Source: the human T2T-CHM13v2.0 reference genome, Homo sapiens. From it: a stretch of 64,000 nucleotides of DNA. The translations under genes were made by a program, and so were the position numbers. Of this stretch, positions 1-13,444 are shown one piece after another; the stretch's first letter is position 1; the number at the start of each line of letters is the position of its first letter. Below the pieces are notes generated by a model. It saw only the letters and a list, made by a program, of their open reading frames with translations, was not told where the DNA came from and ran no database searches. The DNA is taken from positions 5,792,001 to 5,856,000 of the forward strand of contig CP086569.2 in NCBI GenBank assembly GCA_009914755.4, given 5' to 3'.

Positions 1-1297
1 AGGCTGAGGTGGTCTCAGATAGAAATGAGAAACTTATTGGGAATTGGAACAAAGGTGACTCTTGTTATGTTTTAGCAAAGAGATTGGCAACATTTGCCCC
101 TGCCCTAGAGATGTGTGGGACTCTAAACTTCAGAGACATGATTTAGGGTAACTGGTGGAAGAAATTTCTAAGCAGCAAAGCTTTCAAGAGGTGACTCAGG
201 TGCTGTTAAAGGCATTCAATTTTATAAGGGAAGCAGAGGATAAAAGTTCAGAAAATTTGGAGCCTGACAATGCGATAGAAGAGAAAAACCCATTTTCTGA
301 GGAGAAATTCAAGCGGGCTGCAGAAATTTGCGAAAGTAATGAGGAGCCAAATGTTAATCCCCAAGACAACAGGGAAAATGTCTCCAGGGCATGTCACAGT
401 TCTTCGTGACAGCCTGTCCCATTACAGGCCTGTAGGCCTAGGAGGAAAAAGTGGTTTCATTGGCTGGGCCCAGGGTCCCCATGCTGTGTGCAGCCTATGG
501 ACTTGGTACCCTGCATCCCAGCCACTCCAGCCATGGCTGAAAGGGGCCAACATAGAGCTTGGACTGTGGCTTCAGAAGGTGCAAACCCCAAGCCTTGGCA
601 GCTTCCACCTGGTGTTGAGCCTGTGAGTGCACAGAAGTCAAGAGCTGAGGTTTAGGAACCTCCTTCTAGATTTCAGAAGATGTAAGAAAATGCCTGGATG
701 AACAGGCTGAAGTTTCCTCTAGAGTTGGGGCTCTCATGGAGAACCTCTGCTAAGGCAGTGCAGAAGGGAAATGTGGGGTCAGATTCCCCACACAGGGTCC
801 CTACTGTGGCTCCACCTAGTGGAGCTGTGAGCAAAGGGCCACAGTCCTCCAGAACCCAGAATTGTAGATCCACTGACAGCTTGCACAGTGTGGCTGGAAA
901 AGCTGCATACACTCAACACCAGCCCATGAAAACAGCCAGGAGGGAGGCTGTACCCTGTAAAGCCACAGGGGTGGAGCTGCCCAAGACCATGGGAACCCAC
1001 CTCTTGCATGCAAGACATGGAATCAAAAGAGATAATTTTGGAGCTTTAAGATTTGACTGCCCTGGTGGATTTCAGACTTTTATGGGGCCTGTAGCCCCTT
1101 TGTTTTGGCCAATTTCTCCCGTTTGGAAAGGCTGCATTTACCCAATGCCTGTACCCCCATTGTAGCTAGGAAGTAACTAACCTGGACTGTGGACTTTTGA
1201 GTTAAAGCTGAAATGATTTAAGATTTTGGGAGACTGTTGGGAAGGCATGACTGGTTTTGAAATTTGAGACATGAGATTTGGGAGGCCAGGGGCTGAA
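1..1297 (+). mobile_element. ERVL-MaLR internal region (THE1/MST-like), 5'-truncated by the window edge
   Basis: Co-linear with the internal region of the full-length MaLR at 10065-11647 read on the opposite strand. ORF-track peptides match between the two copies (VEEISKQQS; GKMSPGHV.../GKMSPVHV...). Followed directly by a TGATATGG...-type LTR. Confidence 0.7.
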
Positions 1298-1660
1298 TGA
1301 TATGGTTTGGCTGTGTCTCCACCCAAATCTCATTTTGAATCGTAACTTCCACAATTCCACCTGTTGTTGGAGAAACCCGGTGGGAGGTGATTGAATTATG
1401 GGAGCAGGTCTTTCCTGCACTGTTCTCATGATAGTGAGTGAGTCTCCTGAGATCTGAAAGTTTTAAAAATAAGAGTTTCCCTGCCAAGCTCTCTCTTTGC
1501 CTGCTGCCATCCATGTAAAACATAACTTACTCCTTGACTTCTGCCATGATTGTGAGGGCACCCCAGCTACATGAAACTGTAAGTTCATTAAACTTCTTTC
1601 TTTTGTAAATTGCCCAGTCTCAAGTACGTCTTTATCAGCAGCATGAAAATGGACTGATAT
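1298..1660 (+). mobile_element. MaLR LTR (THE1/MST-type), 3' LTR of the element that starts before the window
   Basis: Starts tgatatggtttggctgtgtctccacccaaatctca. Ends ...aaatggactgatata. About 363 bp. Classic THE1/MST LTR head and tail. Confidence 0.75.
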
Positions 1661-2503
1661 AAGCCTGAAGAACTACCATTAGTATTTCTTGTAGTCTAGA
1701 CTGGCTAGTTGTGGATGTTGTTCACTTTTATCTAAGAATATTTCAATTTCTCCTTTATTTTTTTCAAATCAAAACTTTTGTTTGACAGGCCTTTCTCTTA
1801 GTACTTTGAATATATCATCCCACTAACTTCTGACTTTATGATTTCTGATAAGGCAGTTGTTAATATCATTTAGGATTACTTTTAGATAATATGTTGCCTA
1901 TCTTTTGCTCCTTTCAAAATTTTCTGCTTGTCCTTCAACAGCTTGATTATAATTATGTGTCTAGGTGTGTATCTCTTGGGAGACATTCTGACAATTCCTC
2001 AAAATGTTAAACATAGGTTACTATATGACCCAACAATTTCACACTTTGCTATATACTCAAGAGAATTTCAAACATATATTTACATATTAACTTGTAAACA
2101 AACATTCACAACATCATTATTCATAATAGCTACCATATGGGGAATGACCCAAAAGTCCATCAGATGCTAAAAGGTTAACCAAAATGTGGTATATTCATAA
2201 AATTGAATATTGTTTGGCAATAAAATCTATGAATTACTGTTATATGCTGCAACATTGATGAATCTTAGAAACATGCTAAGTGAAAGCAGTTAGACACAAT
2301 AGGGCATGAATCGCATGAATCTATTTATATAAGTTATCCAGAATAAGTTAATCCATACAGACAGAAAGGGAATTAGTTGTTGCCAGGGCCTTGCAGGAGG
2401 GAAGAACAAGGAGTGATTGCTAATAGATACAGAATGACTAAAATACTCTAAAAATTTATTGTAGTGATGGTTTCACAACCATCACAGTTTATTTGTATAT
2501 ATA

Positions 2504-2587
2504 TTAGGATGGTACAAAAGTAATTGTGGTTTTTCCATTAAAAGTAATGGCAAAAACCACAATTGCTTTTGCATCAACCTAACCTAA
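2504..2587. mobile_element. MADE1 (Hsmar1-derived mariner MITE)
   Basis: 80-bp palindromic unit ttaggatggtacaaaagtaattgtggtttttccattaaaagtaatggcaaaaaccacaattgcttttgcatcaacctaa, flanked by TA. Confidence 0.75.
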
Positions 2588-3600
2588 TACTAAACACCAG
2601 TGAATTGTACAATATAAAAGGGTTAATTTTAGGGTTAATTGTATGTCTTGTTAATTATATCTCAATAAAGCTAGTATAAAAAAAGAAATGGAGTGCTAAT
2701 ACTAAAAATGAATAAATAAGTCAATAATTGACAGTCAAAAATAGTGTGATCTCTTTCAACTTTTATAGCCATCATCATTAGTAGTTGTAATAGTAGTGAT
2801 AGCAGTAGCATTTCACTGTTATTGACTGGAGTATTTGCTCTTGGAGATATAAATTTATTTATATCAGAGTGCAGGAGAGTAAGATTGCAACCATTTCTAA
2901 CAAAGAATAATACTAGATGAAGACGGATGTTACACTAAGCTCAGGGCATACAATGCAAATGCACAGAGCATAATTATTTTTATTTTAGAAAACTTCCAGT
3001 TTAAATTTACTTTCTATATTAATTTGAATATCTATATGACTCTTTAATAAGTACAGTATTAAATTTATTTTTATTCTGATATTATTGTGTTAATAAGACC
3101 CTTTTTGGAAATAAATAATGCATCATTTAGAAGGAAAATCTGTATGTGTTATAGAATTATGAAGCGACAATATCTCCAGGTGAGAAAACTGTGTAGAGAT
3201 AAAGAAGAAAACGTAAGAAATATAAACATGGTAAGTAAACAGAGCTGAGTTTTTCAAAATTAGTCAATCTTTTTAATCTAATCAAAAATATTAAAATATG
3301 TATCACGTGATGATTCAATTTAAAATGCACACTCAGAAGCTATCAACTTTTTGCCTACTTTCTTTATGGCTAGGAATGTTAGAATTGTTATAGTTACCAA
3401 ACAAAAACATTTCTAAAACAAATTCTACAATTACTTTGAAAAAATAATAAAGAAAGCAAATGCTATGTAATTTTATGTGCTTGAATTTGAAAATAAACTG
3501 TATAAAATACCAGACAAAGAGATTTGTGGTAGTAAGCTGACAAGAGTAACTAGTGAGTTTCTGCATTTTTCAAATGCTTGAAGTAAATACATCTATAGGC

Positions 3601-3968
3601 TGAATGTCTGTGTCTCTGCTCCCAAATTTATGTTGAAATCCTAACCCACAATGTGATAGTATTAGGAGTTATGGCCTTTTGTAGGTGATTAGCTTATGAC
3701 ATCAGATCTCTCATGAATTGCATTAGTGTCCTTATAAAAGAAAGCTTAGAGAGCTTCCTTCTCCCTTGCCTCCCCAATTAAGTGAAGTCACACTGAGAAG
3801 ACAGCTGTCTCTGAATCAGGAAGCAGGCCCTAACCAGACATTAAATTTGATAGTGCCTTGATCTTGGACCTCTCAGTCTCCAAAACTGTGAGCAATAAAT
3901 TTCTGTTGTTTCTAAGCCACCAAGTCTATAATATTTTGTAATAGTTGCCCAAATGGAATGAGACAATA
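3601..3968 (+). mobile_element. MLT1-like MaLR solo LTR
   Basis: tgaatgtctgtgtctctgctcccaaatttatgttgaaatcctaacccacaatgtgatagtatt ... ccaaaactgtgagcaataaatttctgttgtttctaagccaccaagtctata... Shares the motifs of the MLT1/MST consensus. Confidence 0.55.
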
Positions 3969-4989
3969 TCATATAGCTAAAAGCTTCCATAAAGAGTTCA
4001 CAGCAAAACGAAAAAGTAACCGTCCCTATGTGATTGATTTAAAAACAAAAAACAAATTTTTGTATAAATTATGAAAGCTAAATTGTTCTATATTAAATAA
4101 TTCTATAAGATGCTATTCTATAAAACTTGTATTTAGTCTAATGATGTCTTTAAGGAAATTAGTCATTATATTACTTGTAGCCTGATTCATGAGGATTTTC
4201 CATATAAATTTCTTCCTAGTCTTAACATCAATAATATTTGTGCATTTTTCTGAGCCAGTCTCCTGTTTTCATCTGATAGGCCCTATTAACTATGTTTTGG
4301 TTTCTCTAGTATGTGTATGGATTTAATGATATGTATTTTTCATACTAGCTTCATTCTCAGATATGTTTTATATTCTACTATTGTTATTTTTTTCTTTGTC
4401 ATATAATTTAAAATATTTCTCTACTTTCAAATTTTCTTGTAAGTAGCCTTACATTCATGTTGGTGCAGGATGAAAAATAAATATTAGGTGTCAATTGACT
4501 ATTAGACACTTGTTAGGTGTCTCAAAATCAACTGAATTCATAATGTCCAAAACTGAACTTATATCAATTTCTTTGCAATGCATATATAGTACAGGAATAT
4601 CTTATTTTATTGCACTTCACTTTATTGTGCCTTGCGGATATCGTGTTTTTTCTTTTTTACAAATGGGAGGTTTGTAACAATGCTGTGTTGAGCAAGTCTA
4701 TTAGTACTATTTGTTCAATAGCAAGTGTTCACATAGTATCTATGTATCATATTTTTGTTATTCTAACAATATCTCAAAGTTCATTATTATTATTATTATA
4801 CCTGTTATGGTGATTTTTAATCAGCAGTCTTTGATGTTACCATTGTAAGTGTATGGGATGATGAATCACTCCCATATAAGAAAGAAAATGTAATTGATCA
4901 ATTTTGTAGATGTTTTGACTGCTCCAACTACCAGCCATTCCACATCTCTCTGCTTCTCCTTGGGTCTCCCCCTTTACTGAGACATAGTG

Positions 4990-6538
4990 CTATTAAAACT
5001 GGGCTAGCTAATAACCCTATAATGGCCTCTAAGTGTTCAAGTGAAATGAAGAGAAACAAATCTCTCACTTTAACTCAAAAGCTAGAAATGATGAAGCTTA
5101 GTGAGGAAGTCATGTCTAAAGCCAAAACAGGTTAAAAGCTAGGCCTCTGTGCCAGTTAGTCAAGTTGTGGAGGCAAAGAAAAATTATTTGAAAAAAATTA
5201 AAAATGCTGTTCCAGTGAACACACAAATGATAAACAAGCAAGACACCCTTTTGCTGATATAGAGAAAATTTTAGTGGTCTGGATATGAGATCAAATCACA
5301 TAGTATTTTCTTAAGCTAAAGCCTAATTCAGAGCAAGGCTCAAACTCTCTTCAATTCTCTGACGGCTGACAGAAGTGAGGGAGCTGCAGACAGAAAATTT
5401 GAATCTAGCTGGGGTTGGTTCATGAGGTTTAAGGAAATAAGCCATCTGCATAATATAGAAGTGCAAGGTGAAGTAAATGCTAATGGAGAAGCTGCAGCAA
5501 TTTATCCAGAAGATCTAGCTAAGATAATTGATGAAGGTGTCTACACTAAATAACAGATTTTTAGTGTAGATTAAAAAACCATATATTGGAAGAAAATGTC
5601 ATCAAGGGCTTTCATAGTTAGAGAGAAGTCAATGGTTGTCTTCAAAGCTTCAAAGGACAAGCTGACTTTCTGTTAGGGACTAATGCATTTGGTGGCTAAC
5701 TTGAAGCCAGTGTTCATTAACTATTCTGAAAATCCAAAGGCCCTTACAAATTATGCAAAATGCACTCTGCCTCTGCTCTATAAATGAAACAACACAGCCT
5801 TGATGAGAGCACATCTGTCTTCAGCATGGTTTACTAAATATTTTAAGCTCACTGTTGAGACCTACTGCTCAGGAAAAAAAAAAAATCCAAAATGTTACTG
5901 CTCATTGAAAATGCAGCTAGTCATTTCAGAGCTCTGATGGAGATGTACATGATCATTAATGTCCTTTTGATACTTGCTAACACAACATCCATTCTATAGC
6001 ACATGGCTAAAAGAGTCATTGGGACTTTCAATTCTTATTATTTGATAAATATATTTTCTAATGCTATAGCTACCATAGATAGTGATTTCTCTGATGCATC
6101 TGGGAAAAGTAAATCGAGAACCTTCGGGAAAAAACTTGCCATTAAAGATGCCCTTAAAAATATTTGTAATTCATGAAAGGAGCTTAAATTATTAATATTT
6201 ACAGGAGTTTGAGAGACATTGGTTCCAATTTTCATGGATAACTTTTAGTGGTTCAAGACTTCAGTGGGGGAAGTAATTGCAGATATTGTAGAAATAGCAA
6301 AAATACTATAATTGGAAGTGGAGCCTGAAGATGTGACTGAATTATTACAATCTCATAATGAAAATTGAAAAGATGAGAAGTCATTTCTCATGAATGAGCA
6401 AAGAACATAGTTTTATAAGATGAAATCTACTCCTGGTGAAGATGTCGAGGACTTTGCTGAAATGACAAGAACGGATTCAGATTATTTCATAAATGAAGTT
6501 GATAAACCAGAGACAAGGTTTGAGAGAATTGACTCCAG
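4990..6538 (+). pseudogene. Tigger1 pogo-like transposase remnant (CENP-B-like HTH and DDE region), with multiple frameshifts and stops
   Basis: Translations in shifting frames resemble the Tigger1 transposase: KRNKSLTLTQKLEMMKLSEE.., ..[20 protein letters not shown].., ..KASKDKLTFLLGTNA... No intact ORF. Confidence 0.6.
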
Positions 6539-7241
6539 TTTTTTTTTTTTTTTTTTTTTTTTTTTAAGGTTAAGAGGTATATGCTTGTTGGCCACATGCA
6601 TGTCTTCTTTTGAAAAGTGTCTATGTTCTTTGCCCACTTTTTAATGGGATTTGTTTTCACTTGTAAATTTGTGTAATTTCCTTATAGATGTTGGATATCA
6701 GACCTTTGTCAGATATCCAACAAATGTTTAGCTTGCAAATGTTTTCCCATTCTATATATTGTCTGTTTACCCTGTTGATAGTTTCTTTTGTTGTGCAGAA
6801 GCTCTGCAGTTTAATTAGATCCCAGTTGTCAATTTTATTTTTGTTGCAATTACTTTTGGCTACTTTGTCATAAAATCTTTTCCAGTCCTTATGTTCAGTA
6901 TGTTACCACCTAGGTTGTTGTCCAGAGTTTTTACAGTTATGGGTTTTACATTTAAGTGTTTAATCCATGTAGAATTGATTTTGTATATGGTGTAAAGAAG
7001 GGGTCCAGTTTCAATTCTCTGCATATGGTTAGCCAGTTATCCCAGCACCATTTACTGAATGAAGAGTCCTTTCCCTACTGCTTGTTTTTTGTCGGTTTTG
7101 TCAAAAATTATACGGTTGTAAGCATGTGGCCTTATTTCTGGGCTATCTATTCTGTTCTATTGGTCCATGTGTCCTTTTTTTTTTTTGCACCAGTACCGTG
7201 TTGATTTTGATTACTGTAACCCTGTAGTATAGTTTTGATAT

Positions 7242-8019
7242 GGACAGGAGGGAGGGAAATGCTGAGAAGAGGGCAGTTCCCTGACAAAGGCCCCACCCTC
7301 AAGCCCAGAAACTGCATTCCTAAATGAGAACAGTTATACCTGTTTTCCCACGTGACTGTTGCTTTTTCCAAAACCACCCTGGCACATCATGCCCCCCATC
7401 GTGTACCCATAAAAAACCCGAATTCCACTGGTAGAAGAGTAGAGCAGTGTGGCAGAGGAGAAGAGAAGAGAAGAAGCAACTGAGAGTCAGAGACTACAGA
7501 CGGACGTGGCTTAACTTCAGACAGCATGTCTTTGGAGAGGAGCTCAGCCAGAGCCAGCCGGGCTTCAGGAAATAATCACCTTCCGCATCTTTCCACTTCC
7601 AGCTCCCCTTCCACTGACAGCCACTTTCACTACTTAATAAAACCTCCACATTCACCATCCTTCAAGTCCATGTGACCTGATTCTTCCTGGATGCTGGACA
7701 AGAAACCCGGTACCAAGATGGCAGGGTGTAAGAGGCTTTCACCCTGACTCTTCACTGAGCTGGTTAACACTTAGCCATCTGCAGATGACTAATATTAAAA
7801 GAGCTTTGTTTGTAACACACACCGTCTGGGGCTCCAGAAGTCATGGGCAACCACTAGATGGCCATGGGCTGGTACAGGGTTTGTTCCTGCCAGCTCCTAA
7901 AGGCACTTGCCCCAGCTCCTGCATCAGCTCATCTATGTGCTCCCCCTTCCACAAGGGTTTTGAGCCCAGCCACATCCTGTTGCAAGTCACTTGAGGGGGT
8001 CAAGGAAATGTCCTTTCTC
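7242..8019 (+). mobile_element. Unclassified solo LTR (TG...CA termini, 4-bp TSD GTTT) nested in the minus-strand L1
   Basis: Interrupts L1 between ...gtagtatagttt and gtttgaagtcaggtagc. Insert begins tgatatggacaggagg and ends ...gtcctttctca. Has an internal aataaaacc polyA signal and several retained CpGs. Family not recognised. Confidence 0.4.
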
Positions 8020-8639
8020 AGTTTGAAGTCAGGTAGCATGACACTTCTTGCTTTGTTCTCTCTCCTTTGGATTGCCTTGGCTATTTGGGCTAGTTTTAGC
8101 TTCATAAAAATTTTAAAATAGCTTTTTCTAGTTCTTTGAAGAATGTCACTGGTAGTTTGACAGCCGTAGCATTGAACCTGTAAATTGTTTTTGACTGTGT
8201 GGCCATATTAATGACACGAATTCTTCATTCACAAACATAAAAGGGTTTTCTATTTGTTTGTGTCATCTCTGATTTCTTCCAGCAGTGTTTTGTAATTCTC
8301 ATTGTACAGGTCTTTCACTTTCCTGGTTAGCTATATTCATAGGTATTTTATTATTTTTGTGGTACTGGAAATGGAATTGTGTTCCTGATTTTGCTTGTGG
8401 CTTGGCTGTTGTTGGTGTACAGGAGTGCTAGTGTTTTTGTATGTTGATTTTGTGTCCTGAATCTTTGCTGAAGTTGCTTATTAGTGTAAAGAGTTCTGGG
8501 ACCAAGACAATAGTTTTTTTTTATAGATATACAATCATGTCATTGACAATTATGGATAGTTCAACTTCCTCTCGTCCAATTTGGACACGCTTTATTTACT
8601 TTGCCTGCTTGGTCTGGCCAGGACTTCCAATGTTATGTT

Positions 8640-9050
8640 TGATATGGTTTGGATCTGTGTCCTTGACCAAATCTCATGTTGAAATGTAATCCCCAATGCT
8701 GGAGATGGAGCCTCATGGGGGCTATTAGTTCATGGTGGTGGTTTCTCATGATTTAACTCCATCCCCCCTTGGTGCTGTCATTGCAATAGTGAGTTCTCAT
8801 GACATCTAGTTGTTTGAAAGTGTGTGGCACCTCCCTCCTCTCTCTCTTGGCCTTGCTCCTTCCATGCAAGATCCTATGCCTGCTTTGCCTTCTGCCTTGA
8901 GTAAAAGCTCTCTGAGGTCACCCCAGAAGCAGATGCTATCATGATTCCTTTGCAGACTGCAGGACTGTGAGCTAATTAAACATTTTTTTTTTTTGTAAAT
9001 TAACCAATCTCAGGTATTTCTTTATAGGAATGTAAGAATGAACTAATACA
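8640..9050 (+). mobile_element. THE1/MST-type MaLR solo LTR nested in the minus-strand L1
   Basis: tgatatggtttggatctgtgtccttgaccaaatctcatgttgaaatgtaatcc ... gaatgaactaataca. Flanked by a 5-bp TSD ATGTT (8635-8639 and 9051-9055), as expected for ERVL-MaLR. Confidence 0.8.
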
Positions 9051-9703
9051 ATGTTGAATAGTAATGATGAGAGAGGACATCATTGTCTTTTGCCAGTTTT
9101 CAAGGGCAATTCTTCCAGCATTTGTCCATTCAGTATAATGTTGGCTGTGGGTTTGAAATAGATGACTCTTATTATTTTAAGATGTGTCCCTTCAATACCA
9201 ATTTATTGGGAATTTTTAACATAAAGAGATGTTAAATTTTGTCAAAAGCTTTTTCTGTATCTGTTGAGTTGACCATGTTTTTTTTGTCTTTAGTTCTTTT
9301 TATGTGTTGAATTATGTTTATTTATTTGCATATGTTGAACCAATCTTGCATCACAGTGATAGCCTACTTGATGATGGTGGCTTAGCTTTTTGATGTGCTT
9401 CTTGATTTGATTTGCTAGTATTTTTTGAGGATTTTAGCATCAACGTTCACCAAGAATATTGGCTACAGTTTTCTTTTTTGTTGTTGTGATTCTGCCAGGT
9501 TTTGGTATCAGGTTGTTTCTGGCCTCATAGAATGAGTTAGGGAGGAATCCTTTTTCCTCAATTTTTGGGAATAGTTTCAGTAGAAATAATATCAGCTCTT
9601 CTATATACATCTGATAGAATTTGACTGTGACTGCATCTGGTCCTGGGCTTTTTATTTTTGGTTGGTTATTTATTACTGATTCAATTTCAGAGCTCTTTAT
9701 TGG

Positions 9704-11998
9704 TGTACTAGTTCATTCTCATGCTGCTATGAAGAAATACCTGAGATGTGTACTTTATAAAGAAAAGTGGCTTAATTGACTCACAGTTCTGCATGGCTGG
9801 GGAGGCCACAGGAAACTTAAAGTCATGGCAAAAGGCACCTCTTCACAGGGTGGCAGGGGAGATAATGAATGAGGGCTGAAAGAAGGGGAAAGCACCTTAT
9901 AAAACTATCAGATCTCATGAGAACTTACTATAATGAGAATAGCATTGGGGAAACCAACCATGTGAATCAATTACCTCTCACCAGGCCCCTCCCACAACAC
10001 ATGGAGATTATGGGAATTATAATTCAACATGAGATTTGGGTGGGGACACAGCTAAACCATATCATTCTACCCTGACCTATCCCAAATCTCATGTCCTCAC
10101 ATTTCAAAACACAATCATGCTCTTCCAACAGTCTCCCAAAGTCTTAATTTATTCCAGCATTAACTCAAAATTCCAAGTCCATAGCCTCATCTGAGGTAAG
10201 GCAAGTCGATTCTGCCTATGAGCCTGTAAAATCAAAAGCAAGTTAGTTACTTCCTAGATACAATGGAAGTTCAGGCATTGGGTAACTACATATGCTTCAA
10301 ATGAGAGAAATTGGCCAAAACAAAGGAGCTACAGTCCCCACTCAAGTCAGAAATCCAATACGGCAGTCATTAAACCTTAAAGTTTGTTTGACCCCATGTC
10401 ACATCCAGGACATGGTGATGCAAGAGGTGGGCTCCCACAACCTTGGGCAGCTTTGCTCTTGTGGCTTTGCAAGTTATAGCCCTCTGTACTGGCTGCATTC
10501 ACAGGCCAGCATTGAGAGTCTGTGGCTTTTCCAGGTGTATGGCAGAAGCTGTCAGTGGATCTACCATTCTAGGGTGTATAGGATGCTGGCCTTCTTCTCA
10601 CAGCTCTTCTAAGCAGTGCCCCAGTGGGGACTGTGTGTAGGGTCTCTGACCCAACATTTGCCTTCTGCATCACCCTAGCAGAGGTTCTCCATGAGGGCTG
10701 TGCCCCTGCAGTGGATTTCTTCCTGGACATCCAAGCATTTCCATACATCCTCTGAAATCTAGGTGGAGGTTCCCAAAGCTCAATCCTTGTCTTCTGTGCA
10801 CTTGCAGGATAAATACCAAATGGAAGTTGACAAGGCTTATGGCTTACACCCTGTAAAGCAATGGCCTGAGATGAACCTTGGCCCCTTTTAGCCATGTCTG
10901 GAGCTGAAGCAACTGGGACACAAGGCACCATGTATCAAGGCAGTATGGAGCAGGTGGGCCCTGGGCCCAGCCCAGGAAACCATTTTTTCCTCCTAGGACT
11001 CTGGGCCTGTGATGGGAGAGCCTGCTGCAAAGGTCTCTGACATGCACTGGAGACATTTTCCCCATTGTTTGGGGATTAACATTTGGCTCCTTGTTACTTA
11101 TGCAAATTTCTGCAGTGAGTTTAAATTTCTCCTGAGAAAATAGGTTTTTCTTTTCTATCACACTATCAGCCTGCAAATTTTCCCAAACTTTTATGCTCTG
11201 TTTCCTCTGGAATGCTTTGCTGCTTAGAAATTTCTTCCACCAGATACCCTAACTCATCTCTCTCAAGTTCAAACTTCCACATATCACTAGGACACAGGCA
11301 AAATGCCATCAGTCTCTTTGCACAGCAAGAGCGACTTTTACTCCAGTTCCTAAGAAGTTCCTCATCTCCATCTGAGACCACCTCAGCCTGAACATCATTG
11401 TTCATATCACTGTCAGCATTTTGGTCAAAGCCGTTCAACAGGTGTCTATGAAGTTCCAAACTTTCACATCTTCCTGTCTTCTGAGTTCTCCAACTCTTTA
11501 GGAAGTTCCAAACTTTACCACATTTTCTTGTCTTCTTCTGAGACCTCCAAACTGTTCCAACCTCTGCCTGTTACCCAGTTCTAATGTTGCTTCCACATTT
11601 TGGGGTATCTTTATAGCAGCACCCCACTGTCTGCAGTACCAATTTACTGTATTATTTCATTCTCATGTTGCTGTGAAGAAATACAGAGACTAAGTGATTT
11701 ATAAAGAAAAGAGGTTTAATTGACTCACAGCTCTGCATGGCTGGGGAGGCCTCAGGAAATTTACAATCATGGTGGAAGGCACCTCTTCACAGGGTGGCAG
11801 GAAAGAGAATGAGCGAGAGCTGAGTGAAGGAGGAAGACCCCTCAGATTTCATGAGAACTTACTATCATGAAAATAGCATGGGGGAAATCACCTACATGAT
11901 TAAATTACCTCCTACCAGGTCCCTCCCATGACACATGGGGATTATGGGAACTACAATTTGACATGAGATTTGGGTGAGGACATAGCCTAACCATATCA
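9704..11998 (-). mobile_element. Full-length THE1-class ERVL-MaLR element (LTR-internal-LTR, about 2.3 kb) nested in the minus-strand L1
   Basis: Plus-strand view: tgtactagttcattctcatgctgc ... gctaaaccatatca (9704-10064, one LTR in reverse complement). About 1.58 kb of internal sequence (10065-11647). Then tgtattatttcattctcatgttgc ... ctaaccatatca (11648-11998, second LTR). Near-matching 5-bp flanks ATTGG/ATTAG. Confidence 0.85.
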
Positions 11999-12386
11999 AT
12001 TAGTATGTTCAGGGATTCAATTTCTTCCTGGTTCAGTCTTCGGAGGGTGTATGTGTCCAGGAATGTATTCACTTCTTCTAGATATTTTAGTTTCTGTGCA
12101 TAGAGGTGTTCATACTAGTCTCTGATAGTTATTTGTATTTCTGTCATGTTACTAGTGGCATCCCCTTTGTTGTTTCTAATTGTTTTTATCTGGATCTTCT
12201 TTCTTTTCTTTTTTATTAGTTTAACTGGTGACCTATCCATCTTATTAATTTTCTTCAAAAAAGCAACTCCTGCATTTGGTTATCTTTTTCATGTCTTAAT
12301 CTTGTTAAGTTCAGCTCTGCTTTTGCTTATTTCTTGTCTTCTGCAAACTTTGGGATTGGTTTGCTCTTGCTTATCTAGTTCTTTTG

Positions 12387-12846
12387 TAGCGGGACGAGAT
12401 GCAGACAAAATCCCTCAGACACCGAGTTAAAGAAGGAAGGGCTTTATTCGGCCAGAAGCGTTGGCAAGACTAACATCTCAAAAACCGAGCTCCCCGAGTG
12501 AGCAATTCCTGTCCCTTTTAAGGGCTTACAACTCTAAGGGGGTCCGCATGAGAGGGTCGTGATTGATTGAGCAAGCAGTGGGTACGTGACTGGGGGCTGC
12601 ATGCACTGGTACTTAGAATGGAACAGAACAGGACAGGGATTTTCACAATGCTTTTCCATCCACTGTCTGAAATCTATAGATAACACAAGCAGTTAGGTCA
12701 GGGGTTGATTTTTAACTATCAGGCCCAGGGTGTGGTGCTGGGCTATCTGCTTGTGGATTCCATTTCTGCATTTTAGTTTTTACTTCTTCTTCCTTTAGAG
12801 GCAGAAATTGGGCATAAGACCATATGAAGGGTGGTCTCCTCCCTTA
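12387..12846 (-). mobile_element. Unclassified LTR-like insertion of about 460 bp with retained CpGs, nested in L1 ORF2
   Basis: L1 antisense sequence is interrupted between cttttg (12381-12386) and ctttttg (12847-12853), a candidate 6-7-bp TSD. The insert carries at least 9 CpGs in its first roughly 230 bp, whereas the flanking L1 has essentially none. An AATAAA lies on the minus strand near one end. Confidence 0.35.
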
Positions 12847-13444
12847 CTTTTTGTTGTGATGCTAGGTTGCTAAATCAAGATCTTTCTAACTTTTGATGTG
12901 AGCATTTAGTGCTATGAATTTCTCTCTGAACACTACCTTAGCTGCATCTTAGAGATTCTGCTTTGTTGTATATTAGCTCTCATTAGTTCCAAAGAACTTC
13001 TTGATTTCTGCCTTAATTTCATTATTTACCAAAAAGTCATTCAGGAGCGGGTTGTTTAGATTCTACTCAATTGCATGATTTTCAGTTATTTTTGTAGTCT
13101 TGGATTCTATTTTTATGATTTTGATTCTTTTGAATTTGCTGAGAATTATTTTATTTTGGATTGTGTGGTCAATTTTAGTGTAGGTACCTTGTGAAGATGA
13201 GAAGAATGTATATTCTACTGTTGTTCAGTGGACAGTTTTGTAGATGTCTATCAGGTTTATTTGGTCCAGTATTGAGGTCAGGTCCTGTATATGTTTGTTA
13301 ATTTTCTGTCATGATGATCTGTCTAATACTGTCAGTGGGGTATTGAAGTCTCTCACTATTCTTGTGTGGGAGGCTAAGTCTCTTTAAAGGTCTCTAAGAA
13401 CTTCCTTTATGAATCTGTGTGCTCCTGGGTTAGGTGCATGTATA

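Noticed and set aside
698-1165. 155-aa ORF and neighbouring 65-95-aa ORFs at the window start
   Set aside because: They sit inside the MaLR internal region. The same degraded reading frames recur in the other MaLR copy at 10292-11459. They are non-functional ERVL remnants.
6539-6565. Long poly-T that might be read as an independent simple repeat or a terminator-like feature
   Set aside because: It is the poly-A tail of the minus-strand L1. It is followed directly by antisense L1 3'UTR sequence.
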